DNA of 64,000 nucleotides from Epiperipatus broadwayi (taxonomy: Eukaryota > Animalia > Onychophora): contig JAQFVV010000002.1 in NCBI GenBank assembly GCA_028023455.1, positions 8,618,001-8,682,000 of the forward strand. Reading direction: 5' to 3'. The position numbers and the translations under genes are program-made. Of this stretch, positions 53,167 to 64,000 are shown piece by piece (positions within the stretch are counted from its first letter, which is position 1; each line of letters opens with the position of its first letter). The notes under the pieces are model-generated. The model was not told the DNA's origin. It saw nothing but the letters and a program-made list of their open reading frames with translations, and ran no database searches.

Positions 53167-53552
53167 TAATCCCTATTGGAACTTAATCTCACAATGAATA
53201 AAATTCCATTAAACACATTTGTTAATCCAATATGGATTATATTTAACATATTAATCCATTTTAGGACTTGCTGATAAATTTGACTTTATTATATTCAAAG
53301 TATTGCATTTAATATATAATCCATTAGTGATATTAAAATATTTGGCATTTATAATTCATAATCCATTTTTCAAATACTGGAGGTGAATCATAGGATATTA
53401 TATAAAGGTGAAGCAATTTAATCCATTTTTAAAAAAAACACTCTAACTTTATATCCAAAGAATTGGCTTTCATCACTTCTTTCCAGTATTTTATTAATCC
53501 ATTAACTTATAGACATTTATATTATATATAACCAAATAATAGGCTATAATCC
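53167..53552 (+). repeat. Cluster of TAATCC(AT) motifs (8 forward, 1 reverse)
   Basis: TAATCC at 53167, 53223, 53252, 53317, 53359, 53419, 53495 and 53547; GGATTA at 53234. Confidence 0.8.
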
Positions 53553-56505
53553 ATAAACATATTGATTTCTTTGATATTAATTAAACTTCAGCATTTCACC
53601 AACATACAAAGTTTATGGCTGTATATTTGAGTTGAAACTTATTACTTAAATTTTTTCTCTCAATACTTCGTGATGAGATAATCTATAATATTGAGACAAA
53701 ATATTTATACTTTTTGAAGTGAAGAGAAAAGATGTTTCACCATTATTTTAACTTGATTGAAGTTATTAGATGTATTTATGAAGATATCACATATTTCACT
53801 ATTAATTTAAAATGAAAAGACCAATGATTTAATTGAAGTTATTACATGGATTCCATCAAGTAAATTTATAGTTTCCATTAACAGTTGACTGCAATAGATA
53901 CAATTTTTTTGAAATAATAATCTGTGATAGTTTCTTGTTTATTTATTGTTGTTTAACTTTTTTACTTTGAGAAGAAAATATTTTTGTCAAGCCATGGATT
54001 AATGCCTAGACTGGATTGATGAACTCGACCATGGTGATGAAGGCAGACAAAATGGTTTATTTTAAAGTTTTAACTTGTCTAGATGTTAAATGCACTAAAA
54101 TTTTGTGAAGACTGGCTGATTTTTGAAAGCACCAGTATTTATACTTTTTGATCAGCTGATATCTGGATTAGATCATATTTCTCATTATGCCTTGGTATTT
54201 TCTTATGTTATGAAAAAAATTAGATTACAAAGAAAACAGATGATAGATGCTGTTTTTTTTTAATTAATTCATCAATTTTTTCCATATGCAGTTCAAAATG
54301 AAGAGAAAATTAATAATAATAATTTCAAACTTTTTAATTGCTTTATTTTAGAACAAAATAATTTTACAATCATTTATTTAAAACAAAACCTAAAAGTTTT
54401 TAGATATTTATTTGAATTATATTTAAATTGACCTTTTAATTAGATTACACTAGCAAATAAATATCCTTTTTAAATTAAGCAAATCAAATTAATTTTACTA
54501 AATCTAAACACATAAAGTCACATGCATGCTCATAAAATATATGAAATGTTTGTTTTACAATCATAAGTAAATGTAATCTTAAATGTAATTACTTTTTTAA
54601 AAAAATATTCAGTGTTATTGTTTCTTATTTTTATCCTATTTTGTATTTCTTTATAAAATATTTATTTTATATGTGTATAATAATAGTAATGACAAATAGA
54701 AATGAACATATTTTTATGTAACAGTTGATTAGAAAATCTGCTTAAGAAGACATCTTTTAATCCTTTATAAAATTATATTTTCTCTTAAGCATTACTTTTG
54801 AACTTAATTTTGACTATAATATGCTATTTAATAAATGATAGTGGTGAATATATTTGCTTAACTATAAAAATAAAGGCAATAGAATTTTTAGTTTTTTATC
54901 TTATACTAGACAATTACAGTAGAAACTATAACACTACAATATATATTTTAATAGTACAGAAAATTAGAAGTAAATCAAGGGTGATGGCACTCATCATCCC
55001 CATCTCACATAATGCAAAAATATAAAATTTACAAATAATAGGAATAAAGGTGAGAGAAATGAGCATGAGAAATGCCTCTGAGAGATCAGCAAAAAACTAA
55101 CTATAAGTAAAAAATTGAGTTCACCAGCTTTAAACAAAAATGATCATTTATCATCATGAATGATCACAATAAAATAAATCAACAGTCAATTTTGTGACTG
55201 GATTCAAAATTGGGCTGCTGTAGACCAAGCTAATTATTTAGCCTTGTGAGCTTGGGGCAGAAATATAATTAAATACTGATTTGGATCCACAAACTTAAGT
55301 GCTAATCCATAAAAATACAACAGTAAAAAAATAATGCTGGGATATTAAAACATGCTGATCATCATCAATGCTCAAGCTACTTTGTACCTTTAGTGTACTG
55401 GCTAATTATAAACTTAATTTTTAAATAAATAAAATTAAATGTAGTGCATAGATTTTAAAGGAAATCCCCTTTGCATTAATCCAGAAATATCAACTGGATG
55501 TCCATGAACACTAAATATAAACCCATTTTATATAACAGACCATTATGCATGAATCTAGCTCAGTAACAAAAGCTCTATAACTGTTATTGTGAAGAAAAGA
55601 TATAATGCAACATAGCATGCTAAAATTATCTAGAATTAAATAAATTGACATGAATAACTTTAACAATAAAATATCAATTTATTAATAACAATAAAAATGA
55701 AATTAAGGTCTTCAGAATATGGCTACACATTTAAATTAAGACTTTCTAGTTTTGATGAATAAAAAAAGGAATTTATTACATTGTAATTTACATATATGTT
55801 TTGATAGATTTACACAAATAACGTGTGGTATAATAATTTATGAACATATTTGAATTGTCATATAATAATAAATTTTTTTTATTAATTTTAACATATAAGT
55901 ATCTTCCTGACATACATTTATATAAGTACATAGACATTCTGTATAATAATTTATGAACATATTTAAATTGTCAAAAACCTATAAATGAAATTTATTTTTA
56001 CAATATACAATGGTTGATTTAATATATGTGTGTCTGCATGACACTCATCCACATAAGCACACAGACATAATGTAACCTATGGGAATTGTCATATAATAAT
56101 AAAATAAGTTATTATACTTTAATGATACATAAATAATGATTGTTTTCACATATATATGTGTGTACCCAAGGAAATGTGGGCACACACTGACATTTATATT
56201 ATATGATATTTTACTTTGCTAGAATAATAAAATTATTAAAAATATATTTTTCACAGTTAATTCCATTTAAAAGTATACATAAAACTCACACATCTGTGTG
56301 TATATATGAATCAGTTATTAATTCATTCATTATCTAATGGTAAACAAAAAAATGTCTTTTTAAATAAGTAATATTAGTTCTTTGATGGACATTCATAAAA
56401 GTTTTCTTTTTAACAGGTTATTCTTGATTAATTATAAACTCTTAAAAATACTCCAGCTAATCTTCTGTTTTTCAATTTAGAAAGACTTTTGCTGTTTACT
56501 TTTTT

Positions 56506-57843
56506 GGTTGTTTTACAATAGCGTGTTGAAACTGCTGGAGGGCATTATTTCTATGATAGCGCACAGAAATATGCCATTTAGGCAGCCTCGGCTGCTATCG
56601 AATGTTCTATTTCTAATGCGTAAGCCTAGAAATAGTCCGTTGATATGGGGGGGTGGCTGCTGTGTTTATTTCTATGAATAATGCACAGAAACATGACATT
56701 TGCCAATCTGCTGCAGAAGCTATCGTGTCAGCTTACAGCTCAGATTTGGGCTAAGCATTTTGGATGTGTGATCACATTTTACTTTTGGCTACAGTATTGT
56801 CTGAGGGTGGCTGGAATTCCGATTGTCAAAACTATTTTAATATTCATTAAGACCACATCCCCCTCTATCTCCCATGTTTTAGGAAGGTCTACTAACAATT
56901 ATGAGCAGAGTCTCATGCTTCCCTAGCCCCCATTTCCTGCTGAAAAAATTGGGCAAGTGTAGGTTTAAGCACAATTCCTATCAAATCACGCTCTAAGTCA
57001 CATTTCATGCGAGAACAACTGCTAGCCGAATCAAATGGATGAAATAGGAAACTACGAATGTCAAAGAAAGAATTCTTCTCTGACTGCTGAAACCGGGTTA
57101 TCAAACAAAACAGCTTGAAGCTGCGTGCCTGCTGTTTTTTTCCTGAAGAGCCCAAAAAGTTGGTTTAAATTGCCGTATATATTGTTGTTTTTGGTAATTA
57201 CCATCAAAACTTTGTCAACCTTCGAATTTTTTTCATTCCATTCTGTTAGCAATTGGAAACACCCTCTCCCAAAGTTTGACTTTGGCTTGTAAATGTTACC
57301 GTTAAATGGAAATAGATTTATTTATAATTTATAAAAATAAAACAAACAAACAAAAAAAAGAAGAAGAATCGGCTGATTTTTTTGTCGTAGAATACCGAAC
57401 CGAAAATATAAAGGTTTAATGAGAAAAATTAAAAAAAAAAGTGGTAACTACTTTTTAAAATTCATTTTTAATTGATGTATTTTTTTGAGAGGGTTGCCAA
57501 AATTGATTTGATAGATGCTGTACTTTTTAAATGTGATAAACAACAAAAAAAAAATACATAGACCAAAAAAAAAACCCCGGCCCCCTTTAGAAAATATAAA
57601 TAATGAAAAGAATAATAAAAAAAAATTAAGTACTTTTACATGTAAATTCATTTTTTGTTAATTTTTTTATGCATTTTTTTTTTTTGGTTGTGTTTAAAAA
57701 ATTGATTTGATATTACTTTTATAAATGTGATTAAAAAACCAAAGCCAAAAAAAAGGAACCCGGCCCCAGAAACATTATATTTATCTTTGTTTACAAACAA
57801 ACCAGACCCTCCGGCGGTTTCAACATGCTATTATAAAACAACC
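56506..57843. mobile_element. Non-autonomous TIR DNA transposon, 1338 bp, Merlin-like (GG termini, 8-bp TSD)
   Basis: About 37-bp TIRs GGTTGTTTTACAATAGCGTGTTGAAACTGCTGGAGGG / CCCTCCGGCGGTTTCAACATGCTATTATAAAACAACC; TSD ACTTTTTT at 56498-56505 and 57844-57851; internal diverged repeats. Confidence 0.85.
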
Positions 57844-58899
57844 ACTTTTTTTTCAAAATAAAATTGTCTGATTCAATTCTTTGGTTTTTTTTCTTAGACT
57901 TTTAATTCAGGCAAAAATTATTTACTTGTTTTATTTTTAATTAACAAAAGTCAATAAAATTTGTTAATTAGGAATTTTAAATGTCTTATTTCAAATACTA
58001 TCATTCTCAATATATATAACACTATTTACTGGCTGTATTTTAATATATAGCACATTACCTTTATCTGCATATAGATAAACAGTATACATATAAACTAATT
58101 CTTCAATAAGCTGATGGACTCACTGGGTAAGCTTGTCTCTTCTAACAGTAGACTGGCTTCTTGAAATTATCAGGAAAGGTATAATACAGGTAACTGTTCA
58201 CCTATAGTGAGTTCCCTTCAGTCTATACTGTCTAATACACAAATATATGAGCTATGGAGAACACAGAAAATCTGAGTCTTGTTTTCCATGTGAATCCAAA
58301 CTCTACCATTGTTGCACTAGTAGAAATAGCTGAACTTGCACTCTCCTGCCTTCAGTTATAACTTAATAGTAATTCTGCTGTCACAACATGCAAACTCTTA
58401 ACAAACTCTCCTTAATTTTTTTCAACCTTTTTATAGACAGTGAAAAAAATAGTAATCAAAAGTACATTTTCCTTATCTTGATTAAAAAAAGTTAATGACT
58501 TTTTTCAATTCATCTTAATCTTTTGAAAAACAACATTGTGGAATTTTATCAAAATATGTTATGCAAGCATTAATTACAAAAAAAAGCTAATCAAAATAGA
58601 TAGTGGAATTTTATAAATACCAGTATATCAATTGTAACATAAAACATGTTTGTTTTAATTTCAAAATCAGAATTAATAAATATTAATTAGACTCTTTTTA
58701 AATGTTTAATTTAGAATAATATTTTTTAATTCAAAATTATTTAATCCTTAACTCTTATTCCAGTGTAATATAGAAAATATCTACAAAATCCTTTTGTCTG
58801 TGTTTATTTCTACTTTTCCTTTCAACATTATATATATATGCACACACACTACTATGTTGCTGTATGCTATGAGATACAATGGTCTCAATATATATATAC

Positions 58900-59290
58900 A
58901 ATGAAGTATTTAAATATATGTATAATGTCTACACTAAACTTAACATAATTATAAGGGACTTAAATAAGTCTCTTATAAATATATATACAGTGTAATATAT
59001 ATTTGAACACAGACTTTCAAGATTCCTTCAACCATTCACTCTATTTCATACAACCAATACACATGGCCACACACATGTGAAAAAGATAAGTGATCTCCAA
59101 TATACATATTTCCTGTTAAACGAGCACTCATCAGTTGATCCAGAACATCAACTCTCTCTCTCACACACGCACATATATATATAATCAGTGCTCACACTTT
59201 AATGGACCAACTTCAATCTACTCCTCTCCCCAACTCTTCAGACATTCTCACCTTTGAAAATCTGATAATATATATATATACAGTATATAT
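58900..59290 (-). mobile_element. Hammerhead-repeat family 2b copy
   Basis: Collinear with 15985-16325, 49540-49730 and 5750-5862. Confidence 0.75.
59097..59138 (-). ncRNA. Hammerhead ribozyme motif, family 2b (stem II eroded)
   Basis: TCAA CTGATGA GTGCTCGTTTAACAG GAAA TATGTA TA TTGG. Confidence 0.65.
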
Positions 59291-59861
59291 ATACATAAAA
59301 TATCAAAGACTAAAAGCTAAATTAATCAATAGAAATAAAAAAATTACACCAGATTCAGAATTAAAAGCTAGTCAAAATTTAAAAACTAAAACTTCATTTC
59401 CAATTGGTTTCACTGCCAAGGCAGATTTTTGAAACACTTAAAGAAGACTTTGCTGGTTGTAAAATGTTCATTTTTCATTTTTGGCTAGTTTTTTAATTCT
59501 CAATATTATGTCATATATAAGCTGTGTGCATGAGTGTGTATATATAATTAAGGTTAGTAAACAATTTTTCCTCAGGCTATGAATAAATAATTTTTGTTGT
59601 AATTCCAGAGAATCAAAAATAAAATAAATCCATTTATTCTTTAATTTTTTGAAGTACACACTCTTGCCAACACTAATGGAAATTCAGAATAAAATTAATA
59701 TATCAGCTAAATGAAGTTTATCATTATTTTCGATTATTATTGGATCTATTGCAGAATGAAGCTTTCATCCAATTACTCTGATCCCTCATTTCTTTTCTCT
59801 ATGACACACCAGCAGATCTTATTTATTCATTTTATATATCATTCCTTTCTAGATTTTATAA

Positions 59862-60132
59862 TCACTAAACATCACAGGATCACTATCTCTTATACTAGCA
59901 CATAATTATTATTAAACAAGGCAAAACTCTCCATACAGTAGTGTCACCCTAAGGTGCAGTGCTCTCAGATCCAAGTCACTTCACCAATGAAGGCCACAAA
60001 CCAGAAACTAGTCTGGGGATATTGGATGAGTAGGCACTGGATAGGGATTTTATGCACAAGCCTTCTGCAATCCATTGATTACTATGGTTGGCACAGGGTG
60101 GCACTACTGTGGAGAGTTTTGCCTTGTTTAAT
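59862..60132. mobile_element. Hammerhead-repeat family 1 head-to-head insertion (- arm 59862-59950, + arm 59952-60132), core mutated to CCAATGA
   Basis: AGGCCACAAACCAGAAACTAGTCTGGGGATATTGG...GAGAGTTTTGCCTTGTTT matches 9645-9785. Confidence 0.9.
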
Positions 60133-60329
60133 CTTTTATAATCTCTTGGGATCCAATTTAAAACTTCAAGTATAAGTTTTTTATCATCTCTTATAATAAT
60201 ACATCAAATCCAACTTCATTTTAGTCTCTTAATTTCGTTTGTTCACTCAACCATGTATTTTGTTTTTCAATCATTTTTTGCTATTCATAACATACATTAT
60301 TCCATATATTGTGGAGTGGTGTTTAGTTA

Positions 60330-60480
60330 CGTGATCAAGTCTCATAATCATAAGTAAGAACTGGTAAAACTCGTGTATTAAAAAATCTTCCATTTCAAGC
60401 ATATAAACATTTTTTTAATAGTAAGTAATTTGTACCAAAAGCACACCATCCAGTTTAATTTTATGATAATTTCATGCATT
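60330..60480 (-). mobile_element. Short RTE fragment related to 50320-50465
   Basis: CATAAGTAAGAACTGG.AAAAC...TATTAAAAA.CTTCC.TTTCAA shared with the large RTE. Confidence 0.65.
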
Positions 60481-61496
60481 ATGTTTTTATCTATGTTACT
60501 TTTTTGGTTCCATATACCACCAAAACAATATTAAAATTTTACTATATGATCACTCTTTATAAAAAAAATTTAGCATCAAAATAAAAAATAAATAAATAGG
60601 CAAATAAAACAATTTTTTTTAATTTATTGATAACTAAAATAGAATTACAATTTATCCAAACCACTTTGAACACTTTATAGTAAAATTCTTTATTGTACAT
60701 ATATGTACATACACATATACACCTTACATTTTGACTGCCCTGAGGTCCTCTTCAGAGCTATGATATAATAAATAAAATAAAACACAAGTATATAAATAAT
60801 ACTATAAAAAATATTAAAAAAAAACAAAACTAAAAACAACATAAAATATATAACAATATATAATTAAACAAAAATAAATATAATCAAACTCAAATAAAAT
60901 AATCCAGTTAATATAAAATAAAATATACAATATAAATATAAAATAGAAATTATACGTGTGTATTCCTAGCCCGAACACATTGTTTAATACTTCATATATG
61001 AGATTGAATTTTTTTTCAGCTTATTATTTGATGTTTAGTAAATTTATGCAAAAGAAGATTTCACTACATCGTTTATATGTATGTGCTGGCAATATAATAT
61101 TCCCTTCTTGTTTGATTAATCACACAGACTTTTGCCTTTGATCATCGATGTAAAATTATTTCAGTTCTTTTGTTACACTGCTCAAGTTTATTAATTTTTA
61201 TCATCTTAAATGTTGATTATGATTTCTTTCAACATTTAGCGCTATAAAATTTTATATGAATGATATGGTACATCTATTTTATCCTTCATTCTAATGTTTG
61301 ATCTTAATATATTTACTGCTTACAATTATTATATCCTCATAAAATATGAGAGACAGTGAAATGAACTGTGTTTGTTTTTATACTGGGCTTAATTTCTGTT
61401 GATTAGCAAACTTGCATTTCCTTTTTCATCACTGTATATGCCTATTATTGTGTGAATTAATGGTTGTCATTGAAATAATGGGTACTCATCTTATAG

Positions 61497-61562
61497 CTAA
61501 AGACACCGTTCTATGGCGTGGTTTTCATGCTAAAACACATAAAAATGCTGGTGATGCATCTT
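61497..61562 (+). CDS. Candidate internal host exon, 66 nt, phase 1-1, peptide (x)KDTVLWRGFHAKTHKNAGDAS(x); product not recognised
   Basis: Acceptor TACTCATCTTATAG, perfect donor GTAAGT at 61563, GC-richer island with CpGs kept, A/T at most third positions in this frame. An in-frame ATG at 61478 allows an alternative first-exon reading (MGTHLIAKDTV...). Confidence 0.6.
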
Positions 61563-63939
61563 GTAAGTAGAATTATTAGGATACTTATTTTTTATTCTTT
61601 TCTGATCTCATGCTCTTTATATATTCTGTTTATATTTGTAATTTATAATTGTTATCCATTGTTTTAGATTATTGTATGTGAATACTCAAACTACTTGAAC
61701 ATGAATTGGTACTGTGAAACAATTTAAAATTAGAAGGAATATTTTATACAATATTGAAAGAGATGCTGTTTTATTATAAAACTAATGAAGTTGTATTACT
61801 TAAGAACAAGTAAAATATTATCTGGAAGAATTTAAAAACATGGTTGCATAACATAAAATGATTCACAAAATATAATTATGGATGTCAAACTATCCAAAAT
61901 GAGTGTCATTTAGTTCATTTAAAACTTAGAAGTTTAGCCTTTGTGTTTGTTAGATGTTTCTCATGATGAAGGTTAAAAATAGATATGTAAATATGTTCCA
62001 AGAATCACTTATAATTGATATAAACGACATTAAGATAATATCTGTTTTAAAGATAAATCTATATAAAGTATTCAGTGGTTAAATTATATATTTATATATA
62101 TACACACTCATTTAGCAATGTACATTTTTATCACCAAATATATATATATTGTAACCTACAAACAATTGGTATCGTGTGATCAATCAAAAGCTAACACATT
62201 GGGCAAGCCAAACTAACTTTTCAAAGAATGAATAAGTAACCATAAAATAAAATATGGGTCTAAACACAGGCTTGTACTAGTATAAAATCTCTAAGGCATC
62301 AAATAAACATATAATCTAAGTCCTCTTATAGGACTAAGTGAACAATAAATAAATTCTTTTATATACTAAGTACACATTAACTAATACATTATTTATAAGA
62401 TGTGAATAGATCAATGGTTAATTGATAAGTTGTAGTCACATTTCATAAACAATAATAATATATTGATAATAATGATCTCAGGGTTCTTAAATATTAAATA
62501 ATTCAGTTGTAGAGACTACTAGCTTTGCAATGATAATCCAAAATAATAAAATAATTTAGCTTCTTTTAATTAATTGATAGCGGTCATAACAAAGAAACTC
62601 TTATTTTCTTAACAACTTATCAGCACTTTCTTCCTGTAAATGAAGTACAGATTTATTGAAAGATAGGTATAAAAACATAATATTGGCTAGAAAAAGTTTT
62701 ATATTAGTTCTTATATTATCGGTTAACAAAATCAAGTTTTTTGAAGTCTAAAATAATTATCTAATAATAGCAAAGCCAAAGTGATGCAATAGGTAAAAGG
62801 GAATTTTGTTGTACTAAACACATCACTAAGTACTTTAACAACCAGAGCATCAATAAAGTAATCTTATATAAATTTAATTGCATACATAATTAATTGCATA
62901 AATTGTATCAAAGTGACAATTTCAAAATAATATGTAGCCTTATATGCACTTTTAATATTTAAATGGATATCTGGTATGTGGATGTGACATATAGCAATAA
63001 ACACAAACATAACTAAAGAATAATATCAATATTTATTACAAAGACTAAATATGTTTCTTTTACTTGGCAATTTGACAAAAAAATATATAACTAATTTTCT
63101 ATTATTTACAAAACAAAATAAATTAAAGAAACCTTTACAATAATTCATACTTAAATTAGTTGTAATACACATATAATATACCATATCTGTGATGTGCTTA
63201 GATTATACAGATAAATAAATAAAGAGAAAACTCCTACAGTGAAATTTAATAACCAGTTGTACATACTAGGGAGAATTTGCGCATTTGAATGTAACAATAA
63301 TATACTACTAATATAATAAAATATATTTACATTGAAATTAATGTATAATTTCTTAATATATAATTTATAATCTAGACGATTTAATATAAAAAAGTACATT
63401 GCATTAGTCTTAGATAAACAAAGCTGATGGAGTAGGGAATATATTAATTCACTATTTTACTCAACAAAGTCATTTGAACATGTATAATAAGAATAGGGGA
63501 ATATAATCGCACAAATGCCTTTTATAACGCACAAATTGGAATACCTAAATATTTATAGGCAACGATAATGGTGAGACAAATTAGTAAACACTAAAGTTGG
63601 CAGAGCAATATCAGCTTGATGCTACACATATGTATCCCATTAGTAACTATTGCTAACATAAGAAAAGGCTTAACAAATGATATCTAAGCAAAATGAGAAA
63701 ACATCAACATAATTGCCACAACAAATACATGATTAAAAGCAGAAATACCCATAATGAAAAGAAAGGCATTGGGGTAACAATTAAATGACAAACCTCAAAT
63801 TATATCTACTCATACTTAAAATTTATATAGCAAAAGTATAATCAAAGAGCAACACAAGCAGATGCATAAAGACTAAGGTTATAATAGTGGAAGTTAATAA
63901 CTGAAACACAGGCTTATTATATACCTGTGTCTATATATG

Positions 63940-64000
63940 TAATATATAGGGTATATGAGCACAGACTTTCATATCACCCAACCCTCTCCTGGGTGTGTGA
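63940..64000 (-). mobile_element. End of another family 2-like element running off the window
   Basis: TATGAGCACAGACTTTCA.AT.ACCCA matches 16012-16040. Confidence 0.6.

Noticed and set aside
56020-56060. GGATGA GTGTC ATGCA GACAC hairpin on the - strand as a hammerhead relic
   Set aside because: Both halves of the core are missing or mutated; only a 5-bp hairpin remains
56913-57252. Ulp1/SENP-like protease in the Merlin cargo (EKNSFF, PFDS, HNC)
   Set aside because: The catalytic HW and DCG motifs are absent and the matches lie in different frames
1-64000. Most remaining 60-110 aa ORFs in the supplied track
   Set aside because: They are low-complexity I/F/L/K/Y-rich frames expected in AT-rich DNA, or antisense/alternative frames of TE relics

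Overview
Very AT-rich (roughly 75% A+T by eye), CpG-depleted eukaryotic nuclear DNA, most likely from an invertebrate animal, and almost all of it is decayed transposable elements. No intact gene, rRNA, tRNA or CRISPR array is visible. The only well-supported host coding piece is one 66-nt candidate exon (61497-61562, +). Recognisable autonomous-type relics are a near-full-length Tx1/L1-clade LINE (about 24.2-29.6 kb, -), a Ty3/Gypsy internal region (about 33.6-39.1 kb, -), a near-full-length RTE LINE (about 49.9-53.1 kb, -), three Merlin (ISXO2-like) DNA-transposon loci, and several heavily eroded LINE/Gypsy fragments. One Merlin locus is a 4-kb foldback palindrome with about 1.9-kb arms. The most notable signal is a set of at least three unrelated families of short (about 310-450 nt unit) non-coding repeats. 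Each carries a minimal type I hammerhead ribozyme (CUGAUGA...GAAA, palindromic stem III) and they insert as head-to-head tandem/inverted arrays (retrozyme-like or non-autonomous Penelope-like elements). About a dozen ribozyme motifs occur in the window. In all five inverted insertions the sense arm starts at, or up to about 60 nt upstream of, the predicted cleavage site. All calls are from reading the sequence by eye, with no database searches, and boundaries of decayed elements are approximate.
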